Source: an uncultured Planctomycetota bacterium
GTDB taxonomy: Bacteria > Planctomycetota > PLA2 > JAEUHO01
Length of the DNA: 64,000 nucleotides
Direction: 5' to 3'
NCBI GenBank assembly: GCA_963752285.1
Contig: CAVVXN010000005.1
Span: forward strand, 96,001-160,000
The notes under the pieces were generated by a model. The model saw only the letters and a program-made list of their open reading frames with translations, was not told the origin of the DNA and made no database searches. A program made the translations under genes and the position numbers. This document shows, one piece after another, positions 17,417 to 27,072 of the stretch (positions are counted from its first letter, which is position 1; each line of letters opens with the position of its first letter).

Positions 17417-17850
17417 GCGCGGAGCATACGCGGGCGAGACGACCCGTTCGCACCCGGAACGGAGCGGTGCCAACGGCGCGCGAGCGCGCCCGTCTGGGTC
17501 GGTGCCGTCCGGGACGTAGAGGGCCACGGGGGACGGAGCCGCTGCGTCGTCGTGGGGGGCGGCGCGGGTGCTCGGGCCCGACCGCGCGGACGCGGCGAGG
17601 GCGGGGTCTCGGCTCCCGGCGGATCCGTGGTGCGCGTCCCGCCCGCCGCCGACGACGCGTACGACGCGAGCGGGCGGCGCGACCTCGCGGCACCGTCGAG
17701 ACGACGGTGCGGTACGGGGCCGCGCGGCACACCGTGTCGGCGCCGGTCGTGGACGGGCGCGCCGAGCTCGTGCCGGGTCCCGACGGATCTCCCGGCTTGG
17801 GTCGTCGGGCCGCCGCGTGACCAAGACCCGGGCTCGTGCGATGTAGGCGT

Positions 17851-18072
17851 ATGCCGCTGTACCGGGAGGACCTCCAGGAACGTCGTCGCGACCCGCCCGA
17901 GCGTCAGAGCGCTCCCCCCGCCTCGAAGCTCTACCTCCATCCCCTGTGCCACCCCACGTCCCCGACATGGGTCTACTTCCGCCGCGATCTACTCACGGTC
18001 CTCTGCTCCGTTTGCCGGCGAAGGATCTGCTCGGTCGCGATCGCCTCGCGTCGGCGAGACGTGCCGACCTGA
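17851..18072 (+). CDS. Small (73 aa) putative zinc-binding protein
   Basis: Strong G/C third-position bias; LYLHPLCHP...LTVLCSVC (HxxCH and CxxC). It fills an otherwise empty gap. Confidence 0.55.
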   Translation: MPLYREDLQERRRDPPERQSAPPASKLYLHPLCHPTSPTWVYFRRDLLTVLCSVCRRRICSVAIASRRRDVPT

Positions 18073-18109
18073 GGTCCGACCCGCGGGCTCGGGAACCGCG
18101 GGTCCGACC
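18073..18109. terminator. GC-rich hairpin between convergent genes
   Basis: GACCCGCGG-N9-CCGCGGGTC with flanking GGTC/GACC; no U-tract. Confidence 0.3.
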
Positions 18110-18118
18110 GCCGCCGTG

Positions 18119-21100
18119 TCAGGGGGACTCGAGCTCGAACGACGCGATCGCGAGGTCGGGGCCGAACGTCGCGAAGCCGATCCGGTGCCGGTCGGGCACC
18201 CTCGCGATCCAGACGTGGTCGAAGAGCACGACCTCGCCGAGCGACACCGTCAGCCGGTCGCCCAGGAGCTCGAGGCGGAGCTTGCGGGACTCGGCGTCCG
18301 AGAGCTTCACCGGCACCGTCTGGTACTGGAGGTCCTCGTGGCGCTCGAGGCGCGCCTGGACCTCGTCCTTGCCCGTGGGGTGGAGGATCAGCGCCCAGCC
18401 CGCCAGCACGTCGGTCCCGCCCTCGGCCTGGAACGCGACGACGATCTTCGGGACGCCCCCGCTCTTCGGTACGAGATCGAGGGACAGCCGGAAGTCGGGC
18501 TCCTTCGCGGTCGCCTTCTCCTTCAGCCACGCGAGGTTCGAGGGCGCGTCGCGCGGGAACCCGGGCCGGACCGTGTACTTCCGCCACGGGACCTTCTGGT
18601 CGGTAGCCTGCCCCCGCAGGTGCTGGTTCTGCACCTGGAACGAGCCGACCGTGACCTCGAGCTTCGGCCCGAACGCCTTCACGCGAAAGTCGTGGCGCAG
18701 CCGGGCGTGCCACGTCGGGGGCTTCGAGGCCGGCTCCGGGTCGGCCGGGAGCAGGTCGGCGTGGAGGCCCGCGATCGGGGCGCCGTCGCGGCCACAGATC
18801 GCGAGCACGAACCCCGCGTCGCCCCAGCGGTTCTTGACCTTCACGAGCACGCGGTTCCGGCCCTCGCGCAGGTGGACGGGAAACCGCATCGCGTCGGGCG
18901 CCAGCGCGGCGGGCCCGCGCCAGGGGACGAGGCTGCTCGGGCTCGGGCCGAGGGGCGCGTAGCTCTCGACGCGCTCGCCGTTCAGGAACACCGTTACGTC
19001 GTCGTCCGCGCGCACGTGGACGAAGGCGTCCTCTGCGTGGTCCACGGTCACGTGGGTCAGGGCGTACGTGGCGGTGTCGTCCTGGTAGGCGTAGTGGATC
19101 CCGACCCACCCGATCGGGTCCACGGTCACCGCGGGCGCCTCGCCCGCCTTTCGCCACTGGCAGGCGTTGTTGCCGCTCACGTACTCGGCCTTCAGGTCGA
19201 TCGTCTGCTCCGGGGCGAACACGACGACGCGCGGGTCCGCGCGCGGGCTTCGAAACGGGCCGATCACCCACCAGTCGTGGACGATTCCCAGCTCCTCTTC
19301 GGCGAACTTCCTCACCTCGGCGGGGTCGTCGCTCCGGCGCGCGAGCCCGAGCAGCGCCCTCTCCACGAGGTCTCGGCGCAGGGGCGAGGACGGATGCGCG
19401 AGGAGCCTCTCGGCCTGTTGGAGGATGCTCCACTCGCCCCTCGCGAAGCCCTCGACCTCCGTGGCGAGGATGTCGCGGTCCGTCTCGACGAGGGGGAATC
19501 GAAACCTCACGAGGTCGTCGAACGCGCCCGGCCCGAACGCGCGAACGAGGTGATAGGCCAGCGCACGGACCACGTCCGGCTCCCGTCCGTCCTTGACGGG
19601 CATCGCGCGGTAGGCGCGGAAGAACCGCCGGTAGGGCTTCCAGTCGTGGCCGGTCGCCGTCTTCGCGTACTTCTCCTCGAACCACAGGAAGAACCCCGCG
19701 CTCGGCCCGTAGTCCTGGATGCGCCAGTACGGGATGTCGCGACCGACGTAGTCCTTCTCGAACGCCTCCAGGTTCGACTGGAACGCGTGGATCTCGTCCG
19801 CCTTCTGGCCGAGCGCCTCGAACGCGTACGCCGCGCCGAAGTTGGCCAGGCCCTCGCGGAAGCCGTGGTAGATGGGCGCGGTGTCGTCGATGCAGTGGGT
19901 GAGCTCGTGGTAGAGGAGGCCCGTGTCCACGCGTGTCCCTCGCACGTGCGGATCTGCGCGTCCGATGTCGATCCGCTTGCCGCCGCCCTGGCCGCCGCCG
20001 AAGTCCCAGAGCTCCTTGAAGAAGACCGTCACGCGGTCGCCCGCGGGATTCGGAAGTCGTCCGAAGAGATCGGTCAGGAACACGTACGCGAGGTCGTAGC
20101 GGAGCCGCGAGACCTCGGGGATCGACTCCACGAGCGTCTGGGGTCCGATGAACAGGAACGACTGCGACGGGACGACGGCGAGCCGGTTGAACGCCGGGTT
20201 TCCCACGGCGTCGTCCACCATCTGCTGTTCGTCCGGCGGCGTGTCGGCGAGCCAGGCCGCTTCGGTCTCGTCGAGCTTCGCGCGGGCTGCGGCCGCGAGG
20301 TCGTGGTCGCCGCTCGTGGCGATGCTGCGGAGCACGATCCGGGCACGCGCGTACGCCTTCGCCTGGAGCCAGGCCACGCCCTTCTCGAGGAGCTTTCTCG
20401 AGGTGCCGAGCGCGTCGATGGCCTGCTCGGCGGCGGCGCGGTCCTCGTCGGTCACGCGGGCGAGGATCCTCACCCTCAGGTCCTGGATGTCCTTCTCGGT
20501 CCGCTTGGCCTCCGCGAGCGCGCCGATCACCGCGCGATCGGCGTCCTCCTCGAGGGTCCCGCCGACCGCCTCGAGGAGACGGAGCGCGGCGAAGAGGTGG
20601 CCCTGGTCGAAGTACCGGCCCGACATCTGGCGGAGGTATCGGCGTTTCTCCTCGGCGATCCTCTCCCTGACGACGTCGTCTTCGATGAGGCTCGGCGGCG
20701 GGGCGGGCAGCGGGCCCGCCTGGAGGAGCGCGTCGCGAAACCGGCGCTTCGTCTCGTCCTCGGACGCGCGTCGGATCGCGCGGACGAGGAGTCGCCACGC
20801 GCCCGATCTGTCGCCGCTCTTCACGCGCTCGGCCGCGCCGAGGAGGACCCGCTCCACCGCCGCGGGGCCGTCCGCCTCGGCCTGCGGGGGCACGACGAGC
20901 TGGGCCGCGAGGAAACGGCCGACGCCGAGGCCCTCGCCGCCCGCCGGCGGTACGAGGTCGCCCGTGGCGGGGTCCACGAACGCGAGTCGCAGGTCGAGCG
21001 TCGTGCCCGGGGCGACGGCCTCGTCGAGCGGGACCGGGACGTCGATCGTCTCGGTGACCGCCCGGCCCTTCCTCCACGTGGTGGTCGGCGGCTCGGGCGC

Positions 21101-21397
21101 GTGGTCGAGCGACAGGACCTCGCGACCCACGTCTTCGAGGCGCAGGTAGAGGCCGTACGCCGGGTGGACGTCCTCCGACGGGAGGAACGTCAGTGTGACG
21201 CGCCAGCGTCCGAGGGCCGCGGCGTCGGTCGCGTCCACCTTCGCCGAGACGGCGACCGGGACGGTCCGGGGGCCCTCGTCGTCGTGGTCCTCGGCGCGGC
21301 CCGCGGGCGGCCGAACCGCGAGGACGAGGAGGGCGAAGGCCGCGCCGAGGAGGAGCCGGCGCGGGCTCGGGGTCGTGGGGGCGGCCGAAGATCGCAC
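18119..21397 (-). CDS. Large secreted multidomain protein with an HExxH zinc-peptidase motif and C-terminal beta-sandwich (PA14/LamG-like) domains
   Basis: Signal peptide; LLYHELTH...FREGLANF (gluzincin-type HExxH plus EG); WWVIGPF...ADDDVTVFLNG...HLREGRNRVLVKVKN. Confidence 0.65.
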   Translation of the reverse strand: MRSSAAPTTPSPRRLLLGAAFALLVLAVRPPAGRAEDHDDEGPRTVPVAVSAKVDATDAAALGRWRVTLTFLPSEDVHPAYGLYLRLEDVGREVLSLDHAPEPPTTTWRKGRAVTETIDVPVPLDEAVAPGTTLDLRLAFVDPATGDLVPPAGGEGLGVGRFLAAQLVVPPQAEADGPAAVERVLLGAAERVKSGDRSGAWRLLVRAIRRASEDETKRRFRDALLQAGPLPAPPPSLIEDDVVRERIAEEKRRYLRQMSGRYFDQGHLFAALRLLEAVGGTLEEDADRAVIGALAEAKRTEKDIQDLRVRILARVTDEDRAAAEQAIDALGTSRKLLEKGVAWLQAKAYARARIVLRSIATSGDHDLAAAARAKLDETEAAWLADTPPDEQQMVDDAVGNPAFNRLAVVPSQSFLFIGPQTLVESIPEVSRLRYDLAYVFLTDLFGRLPNPAGDRVTVFFKELWDFGGGQGGGKRIDIGRADPHVRGTRVDTGLLYHELTHCIDDTAPIYHGFREGLANFGAAYAFEALGQKADEIHAFQSNLEAFEKDYVGRDIPYWRIQDYGPSAGFFLWFEEKYAKTATGHDWKPYRRFFRAYRAMPVKDGREPDVVRALAYHLVRAFGPGAFDDLVRFRFPLVETDRDILATEVEGFARGEWSILQQAERLLAHPSSPLRRDLVERALLGLARRSDDPAEVRKFAEEELGIVHDWWVIGPFRSPRADPRVVVFAPEQTIDLKAEYVSGNNACQWRKAGEAPAVTVDPIGWVGIHYAYQDDTATYALTHVTVDHAEDAFVHVRADDDVTVFLNGERVESYAPLGPSPSSLVPWRGPAALAPDAMRFPVHLREGRNRVLVKVKNRWGDAGFVLAICGRDGAPIAGLHADLLPADPEPASKPPTWHARLRHDFRVKAFGPKLEVTVGSFQVQNQHLRGQATDQKVPWRKYTVRPGFPRDAPSNLAWLKEKATAKEPDFRLSLDLVPKSGGVPKIVVAFQAEGGTDVLAGWALILHPTGKDEVQARLERHEDLQYQTVPVKLSDAESRKLRLELLGDRLTVSLGEVVLFDHVWIARVPDRHRIGFATFGPDLAIASFELESP

Positions 21398-21455
21398 GCG
21401 GCCGGGATTATGCCCGACGCGCGGGACCTCCGGCTCGGGCGTCTGCCCGGGGCCT

Positions 21456-22529
21456 TCACTTCGGGGCGGCGGACTTCGCGAGCTGTAGCGCCAGCTCGTA
21501 CGCGCCGCGCCGCCCGAGGGCGGCCAGCGCCTTCTTGGCCGCGAAGATCTCCGAGAGGTCGGCGCCCGCGCCCGTTCCGACCCAGGTCGCCACGACCTCC
21601 CCGGTCGTCGTCCGGTACGCGCGGACCTCGACGCGCGCGCGGCACGACACGAACCGACCCACGCGGCCGCCGTACTCGCTGAACGCCTCGCCGACGACCG
21701 CCAGGTCCGCCGGGAGCGACTTCGGGGCGGGGAAGCTCGCCTTCTGCTTGCCGGCGTCGTCGAGCCACGTCCGCTCCCGCTCGCTCGTGACGGGCGCGAT
21801 CTCGAAGTCGAGCCGGCGGAACGCCGCGAGCATCTCCGTCTCGGCGGCGGGGTCCGCGACGCGAGGCGCCTGGACGTGACGCTCCGGCACCGCGAGCGCG
21901 ATGCGCGGCCGCGTGACGCCGAGCTTCTCGATTGCCTCCCTCAGCGCCTTCTCCCGCGCCGCGTCCTCGGGCGTGGCCGCCGGGAGGATCTCGCCACCCC
22001 GCTCGACGAGGAGGTCCAGGACCCGAGCCGCGAGCTGCGCCGCGAGCTCGGTGCCGGGCGCGTCGGCGCCGCCGCGCACGAGCGCCGGGAGGTACGCGCC
22101 GGTCTCCGCGCCGATGGCTTTCGCAGAGAGGAGCACCTCGCCCTCCACGGAGGAGACGCGGCCGACGACGAGCACCTCCGCGCCGACGAGCTTCCCCACG
22201 TCCGCGCCCTTCCCCTCCTCGACCAGCCCTGCGAAGCTGAGCGCCTGCTCCTCCTGGATGCGGTCGAGGTCCGCGCGCGTGACGAGCCGGAGCTTCTTCG
22301 ACTCGGCGAGCTTCGCTTCGAGGAGGCGCGGCAGCGCCTGGGTCAGCTCCCGGAGGGTGTCCTTCGGGCCCTGGAAGTCCAGCACGGCCACGACGAGAGG
22401 CGCCGGTACGTTCGCCGGTGCGGCGGCGGGCGGCGGGGGCGCGGGCTCGTCGGCCCGCGCGAGGCCCGTTCCCGCCAAGAGCACGAGGGCCGCGAGCCCG
22501 CCGAGGGAGGTGGGGTGGAAGGTCTTCAT
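21456..22529 (-). CDS. CsgG/HfaB (TolB_N/FlgO-like) domain secreted protein
   Basis: GGAGAG RBS; signal peptide ending ARA; VAVLDF...LVTRADLDRIQEEQALSFAGLV...VGKLVGAEVLVVG. Confidence 0.75.
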   Translation of the reverse strand: MKTFHPTSLGGLAALVLLAGTGLARADEPAPPPPAAAPANVPAPLVVAVLDFQGPKDTLRELTQALPRLLEAKLAESKKLRLVTRADLDRIQEEQALSFAGLVEEGKGADVGKLVGAEVLVVGRVSSVEGEVLLSAKAIGAETGAYLPALVRGGADAPGTELAAQLAARVLDLLVERGGEILPAATPEDAAREKALREAIEKLGVTRPRIALAVPERHVQAPRVADPAAETEMLAAFRRLDFEIAPVTSERERTWLDDAGKQKASFPAPKSLPADLAVVGEAFSEYGGRVGRFVSCRARVEVRAYRTTTGEVVATWVGTGAGADLSEIFAAKKALAALGRRGAYELALQLAKSAAPK

Positions 22530-23475
22530 CGTTCTCTCCAGAAGGCGCCGTCCGACGCGTCGGGCGCGCGGGCGGCGAAGTCGTGAAGCCACGGGGCGCA
22601 CGCGACGACCGCGCGAAGCCGCGCGACGAGGAGCGCCGCGAGGGGTTCGTCCGCGAGGGCCCCGACGAGGCGCAGACGCGCGACGAGCACGCAGCCCTCT
22701 CCGACGAAGGCGAGGCGGACGAGACCCGGCACGAGCTCCAGGTGCGCGCCCGCGGGCGGCCGGAGCGGCCGTTTCGCGATGCCGTCCGAGGCGCCCCACC
22801 GGACGAGCGCGCCCGGAGGGAGGTCGTAAAGGAGGAGCCCGGCGGGCGGCGGGGAGGGCGGGCGCCCCTCCGAGACCCATGGCGCCGCATCGGCGCCCAG
22901 CGCGAGCACGGTCCCGCCCCCGCGCGCGAAGCCGAGGAGCGCGGGGACGAGGGGCGTCACGTCGCCCGCGCCGGGGGCGAGCACGATCGTGCGTCCCCGA
23001 AAGCGGGAGATCGCGGTCGCCGTCCCGAGGGACACGCGCTCGATCTCGATCGGCGTCGCGCCCGCGCGACCGGGCGGGGGCGCGCCGACCCAGCCGACGC
23101 GCGCGCGGCCGAAGGGCGCCGCGGGCGGCGCCGCGTAGACGAGGACGTCGGTGACGCTGCATTCGCCGTCCCTCGCGCAAAGCTCGAGGCGGGCCGGGAT
23201 CGTCCGGCGGACCGCCGGCACCTCGACACGGAGCCCGAAGCGTCTTCGAGCGCGTCACCGCGCCCCTCCGCGATCACCGCGCCGAACGCGACGAGGCGCC
23301 ACGACGGCCCGCCCGCGTCCGACCCGTCGGCGACCGCGAGGCGCCGGACGACCGTCGTGCCGCCGTACCAGCGCGCGCCGCCGACGAGCGCGGTCCCGGC
23401 GGCGTCGTCCGCCGCGACGGGCGCCGCGACGATCGCGCTAGCGAGCAGCAGCGTAGAGGGCCAGCGCACGGCCAC
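22526..23475 (-). pseudogene. Hypothetical secreted protein interrupted by an apparent frameshift near 23240
   Basis: The 5' frame (signal peptide...AEGRGDALE) and the 3' frame (RFGLRVEVPAVRR...FWRER) each have coding-like codons and join with a single indel. The stop overlaps the next start (ATGA). Could be an assembly error. Confidence 0.5.
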
Positions 23476-24145
23476 CGGTTCGGACCTCGCCGACGAGGAC
23501 TCGTTCGCCGCTCGCCACGGTCGGGAGCGTGGCGGCGATCTTCGCGCCGTCCTCGAACGTGGCGGCGCAGGCGATCTCGACGCGATTCGAGGAGGGCTTC
23601 GTCGCCCGGACAGAGAGGCTCGGCATCGACGGGAGGTCCACCGCGACCTCCGCTCCGTCGGGCACGACGAGGCGGGGCGCTTCGAGGACGTGTCCCTCGG
23701 CGTCGCGCAATTCGAGGAACACGACGCGTCGCTCGTCGTCGGAGGCGCGCGGAGTGAAGCCGATCACGACCTCGCCGCCGGAGGACGCGATCCACGACAC
23801 GCGCTCGCCGAGGCCCTGGTCGATCGCCTCGAGGACCTTCCGTTCGTGCTCGGCCCACGCGAGGGGCACCGGCGACTCCGCCGTCGCGGCCCGGGGACGG
23901 AGCGCGAGCCCCGCGCCGACGCCGACGCCCACGAGCACGACGGCGGCGGCGGCGAGGACCGCGACGCGACGTCGCGTCCCGAGCGCGCGGCGGGCCAGGA
24001 GCGCACCGAGGAGGGCGTCCTCGGCGCCGGCGCGCGGTTCGGGCGCGCGGTCTCGGTCGCGCTGGTCCCAGCGATCGAACGCCAGGACGGCGTGGTCGGG
24101 CGGCGCGTCGTCGTGCGGCTGGGGTCGGGGATCAGACGTGGTCAC
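23438..24145 (-). CDS. Putative single-TM anti-sigma factor
   Basis: Directly downstream of and overlapping an ECF sigma gene. Short cytoplasmic N-terminus, TM (VAVLAAAAVVLVGVGVGAGLAL) and an extracytoplasmic domain. Confidence 0.6.
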   Translation of the reverse strand: MTTSDPRPQPHDDAPPDHAVLAFDRWDQRDRDRAPEPRAGAEDALLGALLARRALGTRRRVAVLAAAAVVLVGVGVGAGLALRPRAATAESPVPLAWAEHERKVLEAIDQGLGERVSWIASSGGEVVIGFTPRASDDERRVVFLELRDAEGHVLEAPRLVVPDGAEVAVDLPSMPSLSVRATKPSSNRVEIACAATFEDGAKIAATLPTVASGERVLVGEVRTGGRALALYAAAR

Positions 24146-24671
24146 GGAGCACCTCTCCGAGGCGGCGCTTCGCCTCGTGGACGCGCCAGGAGACGGTCCC
24201 CTCCGCGCACGAGAGGCAGCGTGCGGCCTCGGCGTGCGAGTAGCCCGCGAAGGTGGTCAGGACGATCGCGGTGCGGAGGTCGTCGGGCAGGCCGCGCATC
24301 GCCTCGTGGACGAGGCGGGAGCGCTCCTCGTGCTGGACGTCCTGGACCAGACTTCGCGGACCGGGGCGGGCGTCGCCGTCGAGCCCCGTCGTCGGACGGC
24401 GGCGACGGCGGTCGTTGAGGTACAGGTGGATCCCGATCTTCGTGATCCAGCTCCCGAGCGCGGCCTCGCCGCGGTACGTGCCGAGACGCTCGAGCGCCCG
24501 CCCGAACGTCTCCTGGCAGAGGTCGTCCGTCTGGTCGGGGTCGCGGGTGAAGCGCCAGAGCGTCTTCCAGACGGGTCGGTAGTGGCGCTTCACGATCTCG
24601 CTCCGGGCCAGGGGGTCTCCTCGCCGCGCGCGTCCGAGCAGGACCGCGAGATCCAGGTCGTCCGGCGTCAT
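24132..24671 (-). CDS. ECF RNA polymerase sigma factor
   Basis: DDLCQETFGRAL, YRGEAALGSWITKI (region 2); LPDDLRTAIVL...YSHAEAARCLSCAEGTVSWRVHEAKRRL (region 4). Confidence 0.92.
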   Translation of the reverse strand: MTPDDLDLAVLLGRARRGDPLARSEIVKRHYRPVWKTLWRFTRDPDQTDDLCQETFGRALERLGTYRGEAALGSWITKIGIHLYLNDRRRRRPTTGLDGDARPGPRSLVQDVQHEERSRLVHEAMRGLPDDLRTAIVLTTFAGYSHAEAARCLSCAEGTVSWRVHEAKRRLGEVLRDHV

Positions 24672-24732
24672 CGGCGTCGAGGACCTCCGCTCCGTTCGAC
24701 ACGGGGTCGGCGCGGTTCCTTGGCGCTGGCCG

Positions 24733-27072
24733 TCAGCGCCCACCCGTCGCCTCCTTCCCGAGCCACGGCTTCGTCGCGCGCTGCCGGGCCTGGACCGTCT
24801 GCTCGAAGGTCGTCCACGTGTCCGGGCGGGCCTCCGGCTTCGGGACCTCGTCCTCCGGGATGCCCAGTCGGGCGGCCAGGCGCGTCAGCCCGTCCTGGAA
24901 GCCCCGGACGACCGTCGGGTCGCGCCACCCCGCGACGGCGCGGTCCCAGAACGGGAAGACGTCCGGGAGGTCCATCTCGCCGAGGTCCGAGAGCACGCGC
25001 GCACGCCCGTCCGACGGGAGGCCGTCGTACCCGCGGACGACGTCGTCGAAGCGCGCCTTCCGCCGCGCCAGCTCGTGGATCCACCGGGCCGCGAGGTCGG
25101 GCGCGGGACCCTGTCCCCAGGTCCATCCGACCGAGCTGGGCGACACGCGTCGCACGAGCTCCCGGAACGGGTCCAGGCGCCCCGGCGCGAGGTACAGGCG
25201 GTAGACCTCGGCCTGCTCGCCCGAGAGGGTGCGTTCCTGCTTCGCGTACCACGCGGCCAGCCGGTCGGCGGTCGCCCCCGGGTCGGGCCCGCCGCCCGCC
25301 ACCGCCAGGAGCGCGTACTGGAGGAGCTCGGCGTCCTCGTCGAACGCGTCGAGGAGCGCCCACGCCTCCTTCGCGGCGGCCTCGGGGTCGGCGGCGCCGA
25401 GGAGCAGGAGCCCCGCCGTGCGCTCGCTGGAGCGGGAGGACGCGAGGAGGTCTCGGCCGAGGTCGGCGGCGCCGGGCGGCCGGGCGTCCAGGTACCGGAC
25501 CAGCTCGAGCGCGTCGTCGGGGAACCGGCGCGAGGCAACGATCTCACCGGCGCGCTCCGTGGCGCGTCGATGGAGCTCGGCCTCCCGATCGTAGGTCTCC
25601 TTCGTGGTGGCCCCGGTGGTGAGTCCCGCGCCCGAGCAGAACGCGAACCGGGCGGCCTTGCGGAGCTCCGCCGACGGGTCGTCGAGCAGCGCGAGGAGCG
25701 CGTCGGCGACGGGAGGGACCTTCGTGGCCCACGGCGCGAGCTTCGAGACGAGCTGGGCGCGGTACCGGGCGGTGAAGGCGCCGTCCCCGAGACGAGACGC
25801 GAGCCGGGCGACGAGGGCCGCGTCGAGCGGGACCTGCGACACGCCCTCGAGCGAGACGGTCTCGTCGGGACTCGCGGCCGCCTCGGACTCCGCGTCCCGG
25901 ATCGCCGCGAGGACCTCGGAGGAACGGAGGTGGGGCCCGACGGCGTCGAGGAAGCGGGCCACCGGGTCGCGCTCCTCCGGACGCGCGGCGAGGAGGCCCC
26001 GCGCGAACCGGGCCGCGCGCTCGGGGGTGAACAGCTCGCGGAAGCGATCCAGGGCGCCGTGCTCGAAGAGCCACAAGGACGTGGGCTCGTGGGCGAAGAC
26101 GTAGACGAATCGGTCCGGATCGCGGTCGGCGATCGCGAGGAGGATCCGGGAGGCCAGCTCGGACTCGATCGCGTAGGGGAGCGCCGCCTCGAGCTCGGGG
26201 AGCGACGTCTTCGGGTCGTCCGTCGCGCGGGTCACGGCGCGGACCCGCTCGTCGTCGTCCGCGCCCGAGACGAGCACCTCCGCGAGCGAGGGCGGGGACG
26301 CCGTCGGGACCGATCGGCCTGCCTCGTCGCCCGCGATCCGGGAGAGCGCCTTCTCGGCGGACGCACGAAGGGCCCCGTCGGGCGCCGCGGCCAGATAGGA
26401 GCGAAACGAGATCTCCGCGTGTCCCGGCTGCCCGAGCGCGAGGTACGCCTCGCCGGTCCAGTACGAGGTCTCGGGGAAGCGGACGGCGAGGTGCGCGGCC
26501 TGGAGCAGCTCGCCGATCGCCTCGGCGGCGCGGCCCGTCCGGAGGTGCGCCAGGCCGCGCAGGTAGTGGAGCGAGGCGGCCGCGGTCCGGTCCGCGGCGG
26601 GCCGCGTGGCGGGAGCGGGTCGGCCGAGGCGCTCCGCGACCGCCGCCGCGGCCGTTCGCGCCGCGCCTTCGAGGTCGCCGGTCGCGTCCACGGTGCCGAC
26701 GAGCGCTCCGTCCGGGACGGAGAGGACGCGGAGCACGTAGCGCCAGCGACCCTCCTCGAGCGCGACGGTGCCCGTCACCGCGCGGGTGGCGGCGAGGAGG
26801 TGGCCGATCCGCACCGCGTCGGTCGCGCCGGCCGCCGTGGCGAGCCCCTGTTCGGCGAGCGCGCGGTCCACGTCCGCGCGGTCCACGAGCGTGACGCCCT
26901 CGATCGTGCCGAGCGAGGCGGAGAGCACGTCCGTCGCGGCAGGGCCCAGGTCCGACGACGTGGATCCTCCGGCGGCCTCGAGCGGCCACACGAGCAGGGT
27001 CGCGGCGTCGTCCGCCGCCGCCGGTCGCGCGAGGCCCAGGATCGCGACGAGTAGGAGGAGCCGGCGCCTCAC
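24733..27072 (-). CDS. Secreted CsgG-like + TPR + HEAT-like repeat protein
   Basis: GTG at 27072 starts a complete signal peptide (RRRLLLLVAILGLARPAAA); LVDRADVDRALAEQGL (CsgG-like); HYLRGLAHL...YWTGEAYLALG (TPR). It is the 3' half of the 1791-aa track ORF. Confidence 0.65.
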   Translation of the reverse strand: MRRRLLLLVAILGLARPAAADDAATLLVWPLEAAGGSTSSDLGPAATDVLSASLGTIEGVTLVDRADVDRALAEQGLATAAGATDAVRIGHLLAATRAVTGTVALEEGRWRYVLRVLSVPDGALVGTVDATGDLEGAARTAAAAVAERLGRPAPATRPAADRTAAASLHYLRGLAHLRTGRAAEAIGELLQAAHLAVRFPETSYWTGEAYLALGQPGHAEISFRSYLAAAPDGALRASAEKALSRIAGDEAGRSVPTASPPSLAEVLVSGADDDERVRAVTRATDDPKTSLPELEAALPYAIESELASRILLAIADRDPDRFVYVFAHEPTSLWLFEHGALDRFRELFTPERAARFARGLLAARPEERDPVARFLDAVGPHLRSSEVLAAIRDAESEAAASPDETVSLEGVSQVPLDAALVARLASRLGDGAFTARYRAQLVSKLAPWATKVPPVADALLALLDDPSAELRKAARFAFCSGAGLTTGATTKETYDREAELHRRATERAGEIVASRRFPDDALELVRYLDARPPGAADLGRDLLASSRSSERTAGLLLLGAADPEAAAKEAWALLDAFDEDAELLQYALLAVAGGGPDPGATADRLAAWYAKQERTLSGEQAEVYRLYLAPGRLDPFRELVRRVSPSSVGWTWGQGPAPDLAARWIHELARRKARFDDVVRGYDGLPSDGRARVLSDLGEMDLPDVFPFWDRAVAGWRDPTVVRGFQDGLTRLAARLGIPEDEVPKPEARPDTWTTFEQTVQARQRATKPWLGKEATGGR

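Noticed and set aside
15290..21682. 2130-aa + strand ORF, and similar long ORFs such as 27085..30801, 50312..55375 and 52939..56490
   Set aside because: These are antisense or off-frame shadows of real genes in very GC-rich DNA, with Arg/Gly/Pro-rich translations and no motifs.
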